Assembly (NCBI GenBank): GCA_014379485.1
Contig: JACMLS010000209.1
Coordinates: 1-10,033, forward strand
Direction: 5' to 3'
Source: Bacteroidia bacterium
GTDB taxonomy: Bacteria > Bacteroidota > Bacteroidia > B-17B0 > Aurantibacillaceae
DNA: 10,033 nucleotides
The position numbers and the translations under genes are program-made. Of the stretch, positions 7,351 to 10,033 are shown one piece after another. Within the stretch, counting starts at the first letter, position 1, and every line of letters starts with the position of its first letter. Below the pieces are notes generated by a model, which made no database searches, was not told where the DNA came from, and saw nothing but the letters and a program-made list of their open reading frames with translations.

Positions 7351-7388
7351 GCGCAATCACAAATAAAAATGTGGTTGCGTTTTTTTTG
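7351..7388 (+). terminator. Rho-independent terminator for the flotillin transcript
   Basis: GCGCAATCAC (7351-7360) pairs with GTGGTTGCGT (7371-7380) as a 10-bp stem with two G.U wobbles. The loop is the 10-nt AAATAAAAAT. The T8 run at 7381-7388 follows immediately. Confidence 0.6.
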
Positions 7389-7484
7389 GTGATCTTCAGG
7401 CCTGTTCCAGAAAGAATTCATTGGTAAAACACTCAGATTATTTGCCTAAATTTAGCCCTCATTTAAACCACCTGTAAACCACCC

Positions 7485-10033
7485 GTGCAACTGAAAAATT
7501 CTTTTTTCTTTTGGCTCCTGTTTTTTGTAATCCTTTCCTTTACGGGCAAGGCGCAAAAATCAATTTCTTCAGAGGCAGAAAAACTTTTGGCAGAAGCACA
7601 AAAATTCAAAGATGCAGATGCTACAAAAGCAATTTCATTTGCAAACCAGGCCATTCAGCTTTCAACAAAAGAAAACTCTCCTACTACTACTATAAAAGCG
7701 TATTTACTTTTAGGCCGCATTATACAAGACAAAAATGAATTGCCTGAAGCGTATAACGAATATCATCAGGCGCTGAACATTGCTCTTTCGCTAAAAGATT
7801 CTCAACTCATTTCAAAATGCTATCACAACATTGGCGATGTGTATAAAACCCTTGGCATGTTCGGTGAGTCTGTTCATTACCTGCATTTAGCTTTAAAAAT
7901 TGCGCAACTGAGTCACGATACGGCAGATATTTCGGCAGGCGCAGATCGTTTAGGGCATGTGCACATGGATGAAGGTGAGCGTACCGGAAATAAAAAGTTT
8001 TTTGAACAAGCGCTCAAACATTATAATTACAGCCTTGAAATAAATAAAAAACGGAATGATCCCCGCAGGCTCTGCATCTCATATGTAAATCTTGCAAACG
8101 CGCATTTGATTTTTTTAAAACACGGAGCAGACACATCAAACGCCGGAACTTCTATTGCTTATAGTCTGGAGGGAATTAAAATTGCAGATGAAAACAAGAT
8201 CGTTGATGAAAAAGCGATCAGCCTTTTAAATATGGGAGAAGCTTTTCTTCAGCTAAAAGAATATGAAAAAGCACTTACCTATTTTGCAAATGCGTTTACC
8301 TTGTACAAATCTCTCAATAAAAAATTATGGGAAGCGGCCACATTGAGAGATATGGCACTTGCTTTTGAAGGGCAAAAAGAAATTGACAATGCCATTGCGC
8401 ATGTAGAAAGAGCCAATGCCATTGCGCAGGAATTCAATCATGCAGAACAACCTGATAACTATTTGCTTTTATCTGAACTATACGGGCAGAAAAAAAACTT
8501 TGAAAAATCTTTACAAGCTTATAAAAAATATGAGCACCTTTTAAACATGGAACGCAATACAAAATCTACCCTTGAACTTGAAAAAATGCAAATGCAGAGT
8601 GAAACCGAGCTCAAAGACAAAGAAATCGTTTACCTGAACGAAGAAAGAAAACATGTGGAGGATAAAGTAAAAAAAGACAATATAATAATTGCTGTAATGA
8701 GTGGGGCTATCTTGCTCGTTATAATAATTTCAATTCTTTTATTTAACCGGAGCCGATTGCTTCAACGTTCAAAAGATCTTTCTGATAAGGCGCGCATTAT
8801 GCAGGAGCAATTTCTTGCCAACACCAGCCATGAGATCCGCACTCCTATGAACGGAATAATAGGAATGGCCAATCAGCTCATGAGTTCTGAACTTACGGCA
8901 GAACAAAAAGAGTACGTGCGGGTAATGATCAAATCTTCTAACAACCTGCTCAGTATTATTAACGATCTGCTTGACCTCTCAAAAATAAAAGCAGGCAAGC
9001 TTGAGTTTTTTCCGAAGGAATTTGACAGCAAATTATTTTTCCTTGAACTCTACACCTTAATGAAAGCAAGGGCCAAAGAAAAAGGGATTGAACTTAATTT
9101 TTTGATCGACAAAAAATTGCCAGTAGTTTTAATTGCCGATGAATTACGGCTTGAACAAATACTGCTGAATCTTTTAGACAATGCGCTTAAGTTTACAGAA
9201 AAAGGAAAAGTAGAACTAAGCGTAAACGTAAAAGAAAAACCCGGAGTAAATTGCATTCTTGAATTTAAGGTAAGCGATACCGGAAGCGGAATTCCCGCAG
9301 ATAAAACTCACACAATATTTGAGAGTTTTGTGCAGCTCGAAAACCCCGGGCAAAGAAAACACGGAGGAACAGGTCTTGGTCTTTCTATTGTAAAGTTTAT
9401 GATAGAAAGCCTGGGCGGAAAAATTTCAGTAAAAAGCGAAGAAGGAAAAGGAACCGCATTTGACTTTTTTCTACCGGTTAAAACCGGAAAATCTGTTTCA
9501 GCTACAAACGCAACAAGCTTGCCTGAAAGAAAAAATCTTGAATTTGCCAGCATACTTATTGTAGAAGACAATTCAATCAATCAAAAAGTAATCGAAAGTA
9601 CTTTAATGAAATGGAACTGCCAGTTTACCATTGCTCAAAGTGCGGTTGAGTGTTTTGATGAACTGAGCCAGGCAGATTACGATATCATATTAATGGATAT
9701 TGAACTGCCAGACATCAGCGGCACGGAAGCGGCAAAGTACATTCGCCAAAAATTTTCGGGGACTAAAAAAAATATTCCCATTATTGCACTTACGGCTTAT
9801 GCTTATGAAACTGAGCGGATAAAATACATTGAGGCAGGAATGAATGAAGTGGTTGTAAAACCTTTTTCTGAAGATGAATTGTATGCAAAAATTGTTTCTC
9901 TGCTGAATAAAAATTCAGAGATCAGCTTCGTTTCAAACCAAACGAATTCTCAAAGTGGAAATTCGCTTTATGAATTATCTCAACGCTATAAAGACGAACC
10001 CGAAGAATTTAAAACGCTGCTTGAACTTTTTAA
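7485..10033 (+). CDS. Hybrid sensor histidine kinase / response regulator with N-terminal periplasmic TPR sensor region (3'-partial; GTG start)
   Basis: The frame is open from the TAA at 7464-7466 to the window end. The only plausible start is the GTG at 7485, giving the signal peptide (M)QLKNSFFFWLLFFVILSFTGKAQ. TPR-like repeats span roughly residues 30-380. A coiled coil and the TM helix IIIAVMSGAILLVIIISILLF (about 8682-8744) follow. The HisKA H-box is FLANTSHEIRTPMNGI (His codon 8829-8831). The HATPase_c boxes are N LLNLLDNALKFT, G1 VSDTGSGIP and G2 GGTGLGLSIV. The receiver domain is ILIVEDN...ILMDIELPD (Asp codon 9696-9698)...IALTA...VVKPF. The tail LYELSQRYKDEPEEFKTLLELF looks like the start of an Hpt domain and runs off the window. 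Confidence 0.85.
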   Translation, partial: MQLKNSFFFWLLFFVILSFTGKAQKSISSEAEKLLAEAQKFKDADATKAISFANQAIQLSTKENSPTTTIKAYLLLGRIIQDKNELPEAYNEYHQALNIALSLKDSQLISKCYHNIGDVYKTLGMFGESVHYLHLALKIAQLSHDTADISAGADRLGHVHMDEGERTGNKKFFEQALKHYNYSLEINKKRNDPRRLCISYVNLANAHLIFLKHGADTSNAGTSIAYSLEGIKIADENKIVDEKAISLLNMGEAFLQLKEYEKALTYFANAFTLYKSLNKKLWEAATLRDMALAFEGQKEIDNAIAHVERANAIAQEFNHAEQPDNYLLLSELYGQKKNFEKSLQAYKKYEHLLNMERNTKSTLELEKMQMQSETELKDKEIVYLNEERKHVEDKVKKDNIIIAVMSGAILLVIIISILLFNRSRLLQRSKDLSDKARIMQEQFLANTSHEIRTPMNGIIGMANQLMSSELTAEQKEYVRVMIKSSNNLLSIINDLLDLSKIKAGKLEFFPKEFDSKLFFLELYTLMKARAKEKGIELNFLIDKKLPVVLIADELRLEQILLNLLDNALKFTEKGKVELSVNVKEKPGVNCILEFKVSDTGSGIPADKTHTIFESFVQLENPGQRKHGGTGLGLSIVKFMIESLGGKISVKSEEGKGTAFDFFLPVKTGKSVSATNATSLPERKNLEFASILIVEDNSINQKVIESTLMKWNCQFTIAQSAVECFDELSQADYDIILMDIELPDISGTEAAKYIRQKFSGTKKNIPIIALTAYAYETERIKYIEAGMNEVVVKPFSEDELYAKIVSLLNKNSEISFVSNQTNSQSGNSLYELSQRYKDEPEEFKTLLELF
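8682..8744 (+). other. Transmembrane helix of the hybrid histidine kinase, separating periplasmic TPR sensor from cytoplasmic kinase core
   Basis: A ~21-residue hydrophobic stretch, IIIAVMSGAILLVIIISILLF, is flanked by basic residues (NRSRLLQRSK) on the C-terminal (cytoplasmic) side. Confidence 0.6.
9551..9900 (+). other. Receiver (REC) domain fused to the histidine kinase
   Basis: The acidic pair is in LIVEDN, the phospho-acceptor Asp in ILMDIELPD, the conserved Thr in IALTA and Lys in VVKPF. Boundaries are approximate. Confidence 0.6.

Noticed and set aside
1-10033. Mobile elements, CRISPR arrays, tRNA/rRNA genes
   Set aside because: I found no spacer-repeat periodicity, no transposase or integrase-like ORFs, no terminal inverted repeats flanking a gene, and no tRNA-like cloverleaf-capable GC-rich 75-90 nt segments. 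The base composition is uniform across the window.

Overview
This window reads as ordinary Bacteroidota-type chromosome. It is low-GC, carries a T9SS C-terminal sorting domain, and has signal peptides with AQ-type cleavage motifs. About 93% is coding, split among five genes. (1) A 5'-truncated BNR/Asp-box repeat beta-propeller protein ending in a T9SS (Por) C-terminal sorting domain (1..2043 +). (2) A minus-strand hypothetical protein with an N-terminal carboxypeptidase-regulatory-like domain and an uncharacterised C-terminal region of about 330 aa (2147..3508 -). (3) A minus-strand membrane protein with signal peptide, TPR repeats, TM helix and coiled coil, which stops just where related sensors begin their cytoplasmic output domain (3551..5038 -). 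(4) A long flotillin/SPFH (band-7) protein with an N-terminal membrane anchor and C-terminal EA-repeat coiled coil (5333..7294 +), followed by a clean intrinsic terminator. (5) A 3'-truncated hybrid sensor histidine kinase whose periplasmic sensor is a TPR array, followed by HisKA, HATPase_c and receiver domains (7485..10033 +). I found no rRNA, tRNA, CRISPR array, transposase or integrase. The observations I would look at again are these. The flotillin sits between two TPR-TM sensor-type proteins, one of which lacks any output domain. Genes 3 and 2 lie in the same frame, separated by a single TAA, and the downstream gene has no ATG start. The 330-aa C-terminal domain of gene 2 is uncharacterised. 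A tandem direct repeat lies in the divergent promoter region. A GC-rich palindromic element lies immediately 3' of the flotillin stop codon. None of this amounts to a clearly novel system. The region is most simply explained as membrane-signalling and surface-protein housekeeping genes.
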